Source: Candidatus Poribacteria bacterium (lineage in GTDB: Bacteria > Poribacteria > WGA-4E > WGA-3G). Taken from it: a stretch of 64,000 nucleotides of DNA. Shown in pieces: positions 19,851 through 27,940 of the stretch; position 1 is the stretch's first letter; each line of letters begins with the position of its first letter. The stretch is taken from assembly GCA_022823085.1 (NCBI GenBank), contig JAJDXV010000098.1, positions 8,828-72,827 on the forward strand, in the 5' to 3' direction. The notes beneath the pieces were generated by a model. It was not told the DNA's origin, did no database searches, and saw only the letters and a list, made by a program, of their open reading frames with translations. Made by a program: the position numbers and the translations under genes.

Positions 19851-20069
19851 TTAGATTGCTGTAATTACAGTCCCATCAGGAAGGACTGTCGTGCTAGCTT
19901 GCGCGAGCGACTCGCTGAGTGTGAGTGCTGCTGCAAACGCTCCGATTGCGGCGGCGTTTTTGACACCGACACTACCAGTTTCAGAGCGGACGAATTCAGA
20001 AATGGTCTTTTTACTGACTGCTTTGATTCGGTTCAGTTCAGTTACTTTCACAGGTTTTTCTCCTTTCAT
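19851..20069 (-). CDS. Small Flp-prepilin-like peptide; candidate precursor/substrate of cassette 1
   Basis: MKGEKPVKVTELNRIKAVSKKTISEFVRSETGSVGVKNAAAIGAFAAALTLSESLAQASTTVLPDGTVITAI. A GTG 18 nt downstream has a better RBS (AAGGAG). It shares the F-x-x-SE-x-G-x-x-G-(V/I)-(K/R) plus hydrophobic stretch with 31197..31457. The promoter-like motif lies ~90 nt upstream. Confidence 0.55.
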   Translation of the reverse strand: MKGEKPVKVTELNRIKAVSKKTISEFVRSETGSVGVKNAAAIGAFAAALTLSESLAQASTTVLPDGTVITAI

Positions 20070-20153
20070 TTAGATTTTGAAAATCCCGTAGTCAAGGCAT
20101 CGCGAATGCGTTTGTTGACTTCGGGTTAATGTGGATTGAATCCACGTCCTTTC

Positions 20154-20191
20154 ATAATTAAGGACACAATTTTGCGGTGGAAAGGGTGCAG
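20154..20191 (-). promoter_or_regulatory. Conserved promoter-like motif, copy 1 (minus strand CTGCACCCTTTCCACCGCAAAATTGTGTCCTTAATTAT)
   Basis: One of 8 same-orientation copies; lies upstream of the small peptide gene. Confidence 0.5.
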
Positions 20192-20214
20192 AGTCGGAAG
20201 AAAAATCAAAAGGA

Positions 20215-21360
20215 TCAGAGGATTTGACTGATATCGACATCCCTGAGAAAAGAATGAACCATTCCCTTGGCGAGAAAGTTCACCAGTGCCCCTGCAACAA
20301 TCATGAAAGCAAAGGGGATCTTTTCTTGAATGAGCAAACTATTTCCAAACTTCAGAAAGCAGCCTTGCTCAGCAAGTCGCTGCAAGTCTGCTATTTGCGC
20401 CTGTGTCAATCCTTCGGAGGAAACATCGACGACAATATTATCTGCTGCTGGATTTGCAAAACCGACTGGGACCTTTACATGTATATCGGTTGCGTGTGGG
20501 CCTGGCATCCTGAGGATGCGTTCTGCGGGGATCATGTTAGGTTTAAGGGCTTTGATGGGTGTTGGCTTTGTAAACAAGGAACGGACGTAAGAACTGAATA
20601 TGAGTAGGCACAACGAAATTAGAAAAATATAGAAGATTAAACTCCCAAGGTCGATCAGCGATCGAATCAGTAAAAATATTGCCAGCGGGACAAAGAGCAT
20701 ATCAAATGCAAGTTGATACTTCTCTGGGATATGCCTTCTAACGCCCTTATTGAAGGCGAAGGCGATCATTACAAACAGGGCAAGTCGAAGGGCGAAGTCT
20801 AGCTCTATGCCGAGCCGTGATGGTATGTAAAAAGCCAATCCACCGACCGTTATATATGAAAACACTTCAAGGATGCGTCTCGGAAATTGTTTCAGTTGCA
20901 TCCGAAAACTTTCCGAAATTAATTGCTGCTGTAGCCGCAACGGCATTTTGTAAACTGCTTTCACAGTGACATAGATAAAAAACAGCAAAAAAATATTAGT
21001 CAGCAAAATCAACGGATAAAACTGCGTCTCTACAGTTTGGCTGAAGGCACTTGGGGGCATCAGTAAGATGATACCCCAAAACAATTTCGCATCTCCCGCT
21101 GCCCATATTCCTGTGTAAAACATCGCGAACGAGATCCCGAATCCGCCCAAAACGGTTGCGCAACTGTGAGCCCAGGTTATCTCACCTGCGGTTATGAAAA
21201 GTGCTTGACTGATACCGCCGAGAGCGATCAAAGTTAGGGTGTAGCTATTGGCAATTTTCCCATAGCGGAAATCGGTATAGCCTGTATAGAGCCCACAACT
21301 GAGGATCGCCAAGAATATTAGGTTTTCGTGTGTCAGAAGTTCAAAAATATTGATGTCCAT
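20215..21360 (-). CDS. Polytopic membrane protein with an A24 (prepilin/TadV-type) aspartic peptidase-like N-terminal half and an extra C-terminal domain
   Basis: ...YTGYTDFRYGKIANSYT... and ...GIWAAGDAKLFWGIILLMP... match the two Asp motifs of A24 peptidases. About 10 TM segments. The C-terminal ~110-aa soluble insert (MIPAERILRMPG...LTQAQIADLQRLAEQGCF) is shared with 33679..34815. Confidence 0.6.
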   Translation of the reverse strand: MDINIFELLTHENLIFLAILSCGLYTGYTDFRYGKIANSYTLTLIALGGISQALFITAGEITWAHSCATVLGGFGISFAMFYTGIWAAGDAKLFWGIILLMPPSAFSQTVETQFYPLILLTNIFLLFFIYVTVKAVYKMPLRLQQQLISESFRMQLKQFPRRILEVFSYITVGGLAFYIPSRLGIELDFALRLALFVMIAFAFNKGVRRHIPEKYQLAFDMLFVPLAIFLLIRSLIDLGSLIFYIFLISLCLLIFSSYVRSLFTKPTPIKALKPNMIPAERILRMPGPHATDIHVKVPVGFANPAADNIVVDVSSEGLTQAQIADLQRLAEQGCFLKFGNSLLIQEKIPFAFMIVAGALVNFLAKGMVHSFLRDVDISQIL

Positions 21361-21469
21361 ATCTGTGGGTATACTCCGTGATAATGAATGTTAAAAATTG
21401 TAAACATATTTTTAACTGTTTTGATTGAAGGTCGCTCCTACAAGGAGTGTTCTGGTTCGAGGTTCGTTC

Positions 21470-22861
21470 TTATTTAATCCATTGCATGGTTTCTCGGAGT
21501 TTTTCCTTGGCTTGTGCGTAATCTCGGCGTGTCTGATAGTAGACGCGTTGTGCCTCTGTAAATTGCGCCTGCGCTTGAAAGGCATCGTTGTAGGTCAGAC
21601 CTTGATAGCCGGGGATTTCGACGGTGACTTCATCCAGGACGCGCTCAATCGTCCGCAGCTGCTGCTCGAAAATTCTCACCCGCTTTTCTTCAATCTCCAT
21701 CCGTTCTCTCGCATTCGCCACCTCACGATAGTCACGTCGCACCTCTACGCGGATTGACTTCGTTTTCTCAATGTACTCCAACTGCATTCGCTCGAGTTCT
21801 GCGACTTCTCGGGAGCGAAGGTTCTTCGTCTTATTCCCATCGTATAACGGGATGTTGAACTTAAAACCCAGTTCCCATCCGTCTTGGGTGCGTGGATTTG
21901 TCTCAAAGAGACTCGCCCCATCTCGTTCACGGTCGAGTATCACCGGGTCATAGATGGCTTTTGCGTCCCACGTCTGGTTCCCTGCCTGTTGCTCCAGGAG
22001 TACACTGAGATCCTTATAGCGTGCTTCGGCAGTGAGTTCAGGGAAGCGACTCCAGAGGGTCTCTCCGGCGAGACGTTCTTGACGCAGCATATCGCCTTGT
22101 AAATCGCGTAGGTCAAGACTGTTTACGATTGCGAGTTCAACGGCAGCTTCGAGCGTCACATCGTCGTCTGGAAGCGGTCGTGAAAGCACAACTTGTGTGA
22201 GTGGGTCAAGTCCAGTGAGACTGATGAGTTCAGCGGTGTCTACGTCGAGTTGTCGTTGGAGTTCATTGAGTGCAAGTTGCTGTTCTGAGAGTTCCAATTC
22301 TGTATTGAGTTGGCGAAGGAAGGGGATCCGCCTTTGGGTCTGCTCAATTTTTGTGCCTTCCAGTTTTTTTTCGAGTTCCACTGCAATGGCACCGCGTTCT
22401 TTAATCTCTTCTTGTGTGAGGATAATATTATGCCAGAGATTCCGGGTAGCGTAGACGATCTCCTTCTTGGCGCGTTCGTATTCAATCTCGGCTTTGCGGA
22501 CCTCTTCCTGTGCGTCATCAAGACCTCGGGGGATCTCCCCGAATTGCGCAAAGAGCATGCTCATCTGTGCGCGCGTGAGATAGTCTCTATCATCAATGTC
22601 GCCATCTTTTTGGCGTTGATATTCACCAGTGAGTCCTACCTGTGGTAGGTAAACGGCTTTCGACACACGAAGGTTGGCTTTTGCGCGTTCAACGACTTTC
22701 TCTGCTTTTTTGACCGTCTCGTTGTTTTGCAAAGCGAGTTCTATTGCGCGTTTTGGCTGAAGCGAAACGAGTCGCTGTGCTGAAACGGTGCCCGAAAGGT
22801 ACAAACTTATAGTTTGTGCGACAAGCAGATACACCGCAAGTGGGGTCAACCTTTTGTTCAT
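21470..22861 (-). CDS. TolC-family outer-membrane efflux protein
   Basis: Signal peptide, then two long coiled/beta repeats typical of OEP family proteins (LQNNETVKKAEKVVERAKANLRVSKAVYLPQV...). Confidence 0.7.
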   Translation of the reverse strand: MNKRLTPLAVYLLVAQTISLYLSGTVSAQRLVSLQPKRAIELALQNNETVKKAEKVVERAKANLRVSKAVYLPQVGLTGEYQRQKDGDIDDRDYLTRAQMSMLFAQFGEIPRGLDDAQEEVRKAEIEYERAKKEIVYATRNLWHNIILTQEEIKERGAIAVELEKKLEGTKIEQTQRRIPFLRQLNTELELSEQQLALNELQRQLDVDTAELISLTGLDPLTQVVLSRPLPDDDVTLEAAVELAIVNSLDLRDLQGDMLRQERLAGETLWSRFPELTAEARYKDLSVLLEQQAGNQTWDAKAIYDPVILDRERDGASLFETNPRTQDGWELGFKFNIPLYDGNKTKNLRSREVAELERMQLEYIEKTKSIRVEVRRDYREVANARERMEIEEKRVRIFEQQLRTIERVLDEVTVEIPGYQGLTYNDAFQAQAQFTEAQRVYYQTRRDYAQAKEKLRETMQWIK

Positions 22862-23006
22862 TGTGATCTCCATTTTAATAGTTATCAGCAGTCAGGTTGC
22901 TGCGCTTTCAGCGATCAGTAGATTGTGTGGCGGCTGTGGACGTTTGTCCCTACCCGAAAATCTCTTTGCTGAAGGCTGGCAGACCACCGACAGCCGAGAG
23001 CCATCA

Positions 23007-25250
23007 CTACCGTCGACTGATGCGGATTGTGACGATGACAATTCCAACCATGAGAAGTATCAACGCACCAAATAGCAATGTCGTCACCGACATTTGGGTC
23101 TTTGATTCAACCTGCACAGTGATCGAGCGGTCGCGTGCCTCAAACTTCCGGTTATCCACAGTGACTTCGGCGTTCAACTTCGCCTGATATTCGCCAACGC
23201 CAATGTCCGTAGGTGGACTCAGCGTGAGTTGTATTTCTGTTTCCTCATTCCGCTCCAACGATTTGACAACTTCAGGGACAAAGGTGTATTTCCAATCGGT
23301 GTTGACATCAACGATCATACGGATGTTGACGAGGTCGCGGGTGCCGATGTTCTGTAGCGTTGCTGTCATGTTGACTTCTTCGCCTATCTTGATGGTCTGG
23401 AATGCATTCGGCACGAATACTTCAATCTCTGGAACACCTTTTGGAATCAGTTCAAACCGCTCGACACCGCCTTGTATGCCTGCAATCCTATCGGCAGGTA
23501 AATCCAAACGATTGTTGACGCCGCTGAGTTCGGTTGCCTCCGTCTCATCTAACACAGCGACATAGAACTCAAGCGTGCTGTCGAGGTAGGAGGCATCCAA
23601 TTCTTCGGGCAGATAGACAATCAGTGACAGATCCCGTTTCGACTGTTCTTGTGTGAACTTCACCTGTGACTGCCGAGACTTCGTTTCTGGGTCTTGGAAT
23701 TCAAAGGAGAGGCGGTTGAGTAGATTAATGACGCGGAGTTGGAATGTGTTCTCCGTCTCTGCCAACCGATCGAGTGTCAAATCGTAAGTGACACTGCTCC
23801 CTAAGTTTCCCTCTTGCGAAAAGCGGAGCGAACTGACGTTTACGACATCAAGGGCAGACTCTTTTTGTAGATAGATGAGGCGTGTATCGGGTTCGGCGAG
23901 TTCGGGGTAGTTCAGCGATACCTTCAGACTCTCGACATCTTTCTGGAGTTGGAACGTCAATTCCACGGTTTCGTTGTAGCCGAGGACTGGGATTTTCTCT
24001 TCGTAGGGTTTGACGATATTTGTGTCATCAGTGACATCGAGTAAGGAGACATAGATTCCTCGAATCTCGTTCGCTGCTGCGATCTCTTCCGGCGTGGCAT
24101 TGCTCGGCATCGCCTCTGTGGTGGAGGTGTTCTTGAATTGGAGCGTCACCATCATCTGGTTCTCAAGGCGAAACTTTTTTGCACTGAGGATAGAGATGTA
24201 GCGGGTATCCTCTTCAAGGTGTATGTTATAGGGGTGGTCGGTGTCAAGGTATCTGAGATTGACGATGAGACTATCAATATTGCGGCGAAGTTCAAAATCA
24301 AGGTTTTTTTCCTGTCCATCTTTGAGTGTTGGAATTCGGTATTCATAGGGGAAGCCGATGATGGCTTGTGTATCGTCTTTAATGGAGACATAGATGTTGT
24401 TGATTTCTTGTGCTGTGTTGGTTTCTACTTCTTCTTTACCGCCATTTAGTGCTCCGTATGTGACGACAAGTTCCAATCGTCGCCGATCCTCTTGCTTGTA
24501 CCGCCTTGCGGAGACAATGGAGATATGCGGATCTTCTTGTTTGAGGTGGATATTCTTTTCCTCAATACGGTCGGAGTATTTTAGTTCTACAACGACATCC
24601 CGGACATCCTCTTTTATGAGTTCAAACTCCAATGTAATAGATTCACTCTCTTTAAGGGTCTCAATACGTTGTTCATAAGGTTCGGCGATAATTGCCCCGC
24701 TTGTTCCAAAAGCTTCTTGTTCTTTAATCGAGACGAAAATATCGTCAATCTGTGCGCTGATGATTATGTCTCTCCCTAACACTTTGGAACTCTCGACGAG
24801 TTTGACGGGGAGGGAGCTGTTCCGCAAGGTGATTGAGAACAATCCCTTTCCATCGGGTGATTCATACAAGTTTGTGTTTTCAACGCTGATATGCCAAGCG
24901 TTTTGGAGCGAGTTAAGTTCGACCTCTTGTAGTTTTAGTTTTGCTTGTTCGTATTCGGAGACGGCAAATTCATAATCTTCCTCGGCTTCATTCACCTCAG
25001 AGACGGTGACGATATTGTTTTCCTCGCGCATCATTGCCTTGAGATTTTCAAGTTCAACCAACTTTTTTTTCATTAAGTTTTCTTTCAATTCCATGTTCAA
25101 ACGCTCGACCTCTATCATAATCTGGCGGCTCTGTTCATCCTTGGTTCTTGGATGGTCGGCATCGGCAAGTTGCGGATCTTCTGCAAACGCCATCGGTGTG
25201 AGAAGAGACAGGAGCATTTTAATGGCGATCATAAAAGCGATCATACGCAT
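23007..25250 (-). CDS. Secreted, C-terminally anchored repeat protein (coiled coil, three ~100-aa tandem repeats, CARDB/NEW3-like beta-sandwich, TM anchor)
   Basis: ATG at 25250 lies behind AAGGAG. Signal MRMIAFMIAIKMLLSLLTPMAFA. Repeats are marked by IFVSIKEQEA..PYEQRIETL, IYVSIKDDTQ..PYEYRIPTL and IYVSLLDVTD..PYEEKIPVL. C-terminal LLFGALILLMVGIVIVTIRISRR. Confidence 0.5.
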   Translation of the reverse strand: MRMIAFMIAIKMLLSLLTPMAFAEDPQLADADHPRTKDEQSRQIMIEVERLNMELKENLMKKKLVELENLKAMMREENNIVTVSEVNEAEEDYEFAVSEYEQAKLKLQEVELNSLQNAWHISVENTNLYESPDGKGLFSITLRNSSLPVKLVESSKVLGRDIIISAQIDDIFVSIKEQEAFGTSGAIIAEPYEQRIETLKESESITLEFELIKEDVRDVVVELKYSDRIEEKNIHLKQEDPHISIVSARRYKQEDRRRLELVVTYGALNGGKEEVETNTAQEINNIYVSIKDDTQAIIGFPYEYRIPTLKDGQEKNLDFELRRNIDSLIVNLRYLDTDHPYNIHLEEDTRYISILSAKKFRLENQMMVTLQFKNTSTTEAMPSNATPEEIAAANEIRGIYVSLLDVTDDTNIVKPYEEKIPVLGYNETVELTFQLQKDVESLKVSLNYPELAEPDTRLIYLQKESALDVVNVSSLRFSQEGNLGSSVTYDLTLDRLAETENTFQLRVINLLNRLSFEFQDPETKSRQSQVKFTQEQSKRDLSLIVYLPEELDASYLDSTLEFYVAVLDETEATELSGVNNRLDLPADRIAGIQGGVERFELIPKGVPEIEVFVPNAFQTIKIGEEVNMTATLQNIGTRDLVNIRMIVDVNTDWKYTFVPEVVKSLERNEETEIQLTLSPPTDIGVGEYQAKLNAEVTVDNRKFEARDRSITVQVESKTQMSVTTLLFGALILLMVGIVIVTIRISRR

Positions 25251-25315
25251 TTTGATAATCTCCTTGGGGGTCCGATGCGCCAATGCGCGGTTTGACGCAT
25301 CGGAGGTGATAGAGT

Positions 25316-26050
25316 TTATGCGGCGGTATCTGCTTTGGGTGTGTATCCGGCGACGTACTGGAGATACAACGCCTCAAGGTTTTCTTTCAGGATTTCCTCG
25401 CGTGTGAGTTCCAGTTCGAGATTGCCTTGGACGAGAATACCGATGGTGTCGGCGATCTCCTTGGCGCGGAAGATGTCGTGTGTGGACATGAAGATGGAGG
25501 TGCCTTCCTCTTTGAGCTCACGCAGCAGATTCAGGAAATCCGCACCGCCTTTGGGGTCTAAGCCGGAGGTCGGCTCATCAAGTAGGACGGCTTTTGCGTT
25601 CTTCATAATTGTAATGGCGATACCGAGGCGTTGACGCATCCCTTTGGAGAAGGTTTTGACGCGTCGCGTAAACGCGGCTTCAGGTAATCCGACGCGTCCG
25701 AGTGTAGCATCGAGTTCTGCATTTGATACACTTTTGCGTCCGCCGAGTTTGGCGAAGAAGGAGAGGTTCTGCCGCGCTGTGAAGTTGCGATAGAGTTCTA
25801 CGTTTTCTGAGACGTAAGCGAGGTGCTTCTTCGCCTCGAGCGGAAACTTCGGGATTTCGATATCGTTTACGAATGCAGTGCCGCTTGTCGGCTCAATGAA
25901 GTTCAGGAGCATGGACATGGTCGTGCTCTTTCCAGCCCCGTTGCCACCGAGAACGACATAGATTTCGCCGTCTTCTACTTTCAGGTTGAGTTTGTTGACG
26001 GCTAAAACGTTTTCGTTGTAAACTTTCGTGAGGTCACGGGTTTTTAACAT
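25316..26050 (-). CDS. ABC transporter ATP-binding protein
   Basis: Walker A GGNGAGKSTT, signature FSKGMRQRLG, Walker B VLLDEPTSGLD. Confidence 0.9.
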   Translation of the reverse strand: MLKTRDLTKVYNENVLAVNKLNLKVEDGEIYVVLGGNGAGKSTTMSMLLNFIEPTSGTAFVNDIEIPKFPLEAKKHLAYVSENVELYRNFTARQNLSFFAKLGGRKSVSNAELDATLGRVGLPEAAFTRRVKTFSKGMRQRLGIAITIMKNAKAVLLDEPTSGLDPKGGADFLNLLRELKEEGTSIFMSTHDIFRAKEIADTIGILVQGNLELELTREEILKENLEALYLQYVAGYTPKADTAA

Positions 26051-26137
26051 CGGGTTTCTCCTCGGTTTTGTTTTCTTTTCTGTAGAGGGTGAACGGAAAT
26101 TTTTAAATTTGAAACACTACGTCATATCTCGCCCTAC

Positions 26138-26175
26138 ATAATTAAAGACACAATTTTGCGGTGGAAAGGGTGCAG
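26138..26175 (-). promoter_or_regulatory. Conserved promoter-like motif, copy 2
   Basis: Minus strand CTGCACCCTTTCCACCGCAAAATTGTGTCTTTAATTAT, ~85 nt upstream of the ABC ATPase start. Confidence 0.5.
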
Positions 26176-26516
26176 AGCAAGTTTTGTTAATTTTTCTTCA
26201 AAAGGTATGTTTTGCTGAAAAGTTGCTATTTATGGATTTTAGAGTTACTTAGACATTCTTGCTTTATCCATCTCGGATTTAAGAGTTCGCTTGTAGTCGT
26301 GCGATTCATCGCCCGTTCGTGTTCAACAACGGGCAATAAGCGGTTTCTCTCCTACAAACCAAAGCAGATACCGATACTTTGAAAGTGAATAAAGTGCTAT
26401 GAGGGCGAGATTAGGAAACTTCGCCAACGGAAATGGAGCGTTTGTGACGACTAAAGGAAGGGTGTGTGGTAAGTGTTGCCCCTCAGTTTTGGATGGGGAA
26501 GTGCGCCAGAAGTTTC

Positions 26517-26996
26517 TCAACAGGGTATTTTGTTGTGTTTGGTGGGAGGAAGTTTGAGAGGCTCCTTAATACGTCTGGCTTCATCAGGCGGAAACGCTTT
26601 ATACATCGAAGCCGGTTTATGCGTATTGAGATTATCGCAAACGAGAATAATCTTTTCAGCCACCGGGAAATGAACATCTATTAAGTCTCGACAGATATGC
26701 GCAAAATCAACAGCCGTGCGTTTGTCAGTAACTTCGACATGCCGAAATCCCTGAAGGGGTGCGAAAATCATAAACAAATTGCTGACGCCATTGCGTCGAT
26801 ATTCCGAATCATATCGACGTGGCAGCCCTTCAACAATAGGGAGAGGCTGCCGGGTTTCTTGAAGCTGTTGTTTACTTGTTTCATCAACGCAGACGACAGG
26901 AGCCGTGGCATCTTCAGGACGTTGATAGATTTCTAAGACATCTTCCATTGCAGCAACAAACTCCGCTGAGGCTACGGATTGGTGTGGATGGGACAA
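26517..26996 (-). pseudogene. IS630-family transposase fragment (DDE domain, truncated at both ends)
   Basis: VVCVDETSKQQL...YRRNGVSNLF...ILVCDNLNTHK is the DDE_3 pattern. There is no HTH N-terminus, no proper ATG, and the C-terminus is missing. Confidence 0.6.
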
Positions 26997-27608
26997 TTAA
27001 TCTTGTTGGTCCTCACCGGCTTGGCGCAAATCTGAGGCGAGTTTCTCAAGTTCAGATGCGACTTTTTTTACGTCAACATCTACGCCTTGAAGGACGAGTT
27101 GATAACAGAGGTCTTCCCACTTTTGCCCTCGCGCCCAGGCTATTTTACAGATCGCCAGCCAAATATCAGCACCAAGGGGTAGCAGGAGTTCTTGGATTTT
27201 ATCAAAACGGACACCTGCCAGAATACGTAGGGTCTCTCTAAGTGACTGACCCTCTTTAAGAACGAGATTAACAACCTTGCGACATTCCTTTGCAGTGAGT
27301 GCCTTGGTCTCTGTAACAGCGATAGCTAATAACCATTGGTCTTCTTCCCGCTTAAGTCTGGCGATTTGATAGCCTTGTTCAATACTGATTTTCCCCTCAT
27401 CAATTTTCCACCGGATGCCGCCTGGCAGTCCGAAGATGCGATGTCGCACAATCCAGAACTTGTCGGATCTCCCTATTTCTTGTGTGATGGCTTGATAGGT
27501 GCCGAAAGCCTGATATAAGACATCAACAGCGTCTGCAATTTCAGAGGGTTTTCTCTTCCCAGGTACATCTATAATGTTTTTCGCGGTTTTTAAATCCATC
27601 TGTCTCAC
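26997..27608 (-). CDS. ParB-like HTH DNA-binding protein (no ParB N-terminal domain)
   Basis: ITQEIGRSDKFWIVRHRIFGLPGGIRWKIDEGKISIEQGYQIARLKREEDQWLLAIAV...LTAKECRKVV resembles the ParB/Spo0J HTH region. Confidence 0.35.
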   Translation of the reverse strand: MRQMDLKTAKNIIDVPGKRKPSEIADAVDVLYQAFGTYQAITQEIGRSDKFWIVRHRIFGLPGGIRWKIDEGKISIEQGYQIARLKREEDQWLLAIAVTETKALTAKECRKVVNLVLKEGQSLRETLRILAGVRFDKIQELLLPLGADIWLAICKIAWARGQKWEDLCYQLVLQGVDVDVKKVASELEKLASDLRQAGEDQQD

Positions 27609-27940
27609 CTGTGATACATACCAGCAACATCAGTTAACGGGAACATAATTGCTATCTAACTTAAGTTGCTACCTTTGTAGCATAATCTGTTAGATTGTGC
27701 ATCTTATAGTAAAATTTGAAAATAAGTTTACATTTTGGAAAACCCGCGCCCTGCTTCACAAACCCTGTAGGAGGGAACCCTGATTCCCGACGCTTCTCCG
27801 GGTGTATAAGTAATTACGGGCTCTACTATAAGCCCGCAGACTCACAGTCTACGCTACGAAATGCGTCTGAATCACGAACAGTCTTGAATGAAAAATAAGG
27901 TTCATTTATCTAAAATCCTATAAGTAGCAACTTGGGGCCC

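Noticed and set aside
19851-21360. Interpretation of the A24 peptidase plus Flp-like peptide as a Tad/Flp pilus locus
   Set aside because: No CpaF/TadA ATPase, TadB/C platform, RcpA secretin or pseudopilins occur in either cassette. Instead the neighbours are RRE-GT fusions. A pilus encoded elsewhere cannot be excluded.
26997-27608. Calling 26997..27608 the N-terminal half of the IS630 transposase
   Set aside because: The sequence has no Tc1/IS630 HTH pattern and instead resembles a ParB-type HTH. The DDE fragment at 26517..26996 lacks its own start, so the two are treated as unrelated neighbours.
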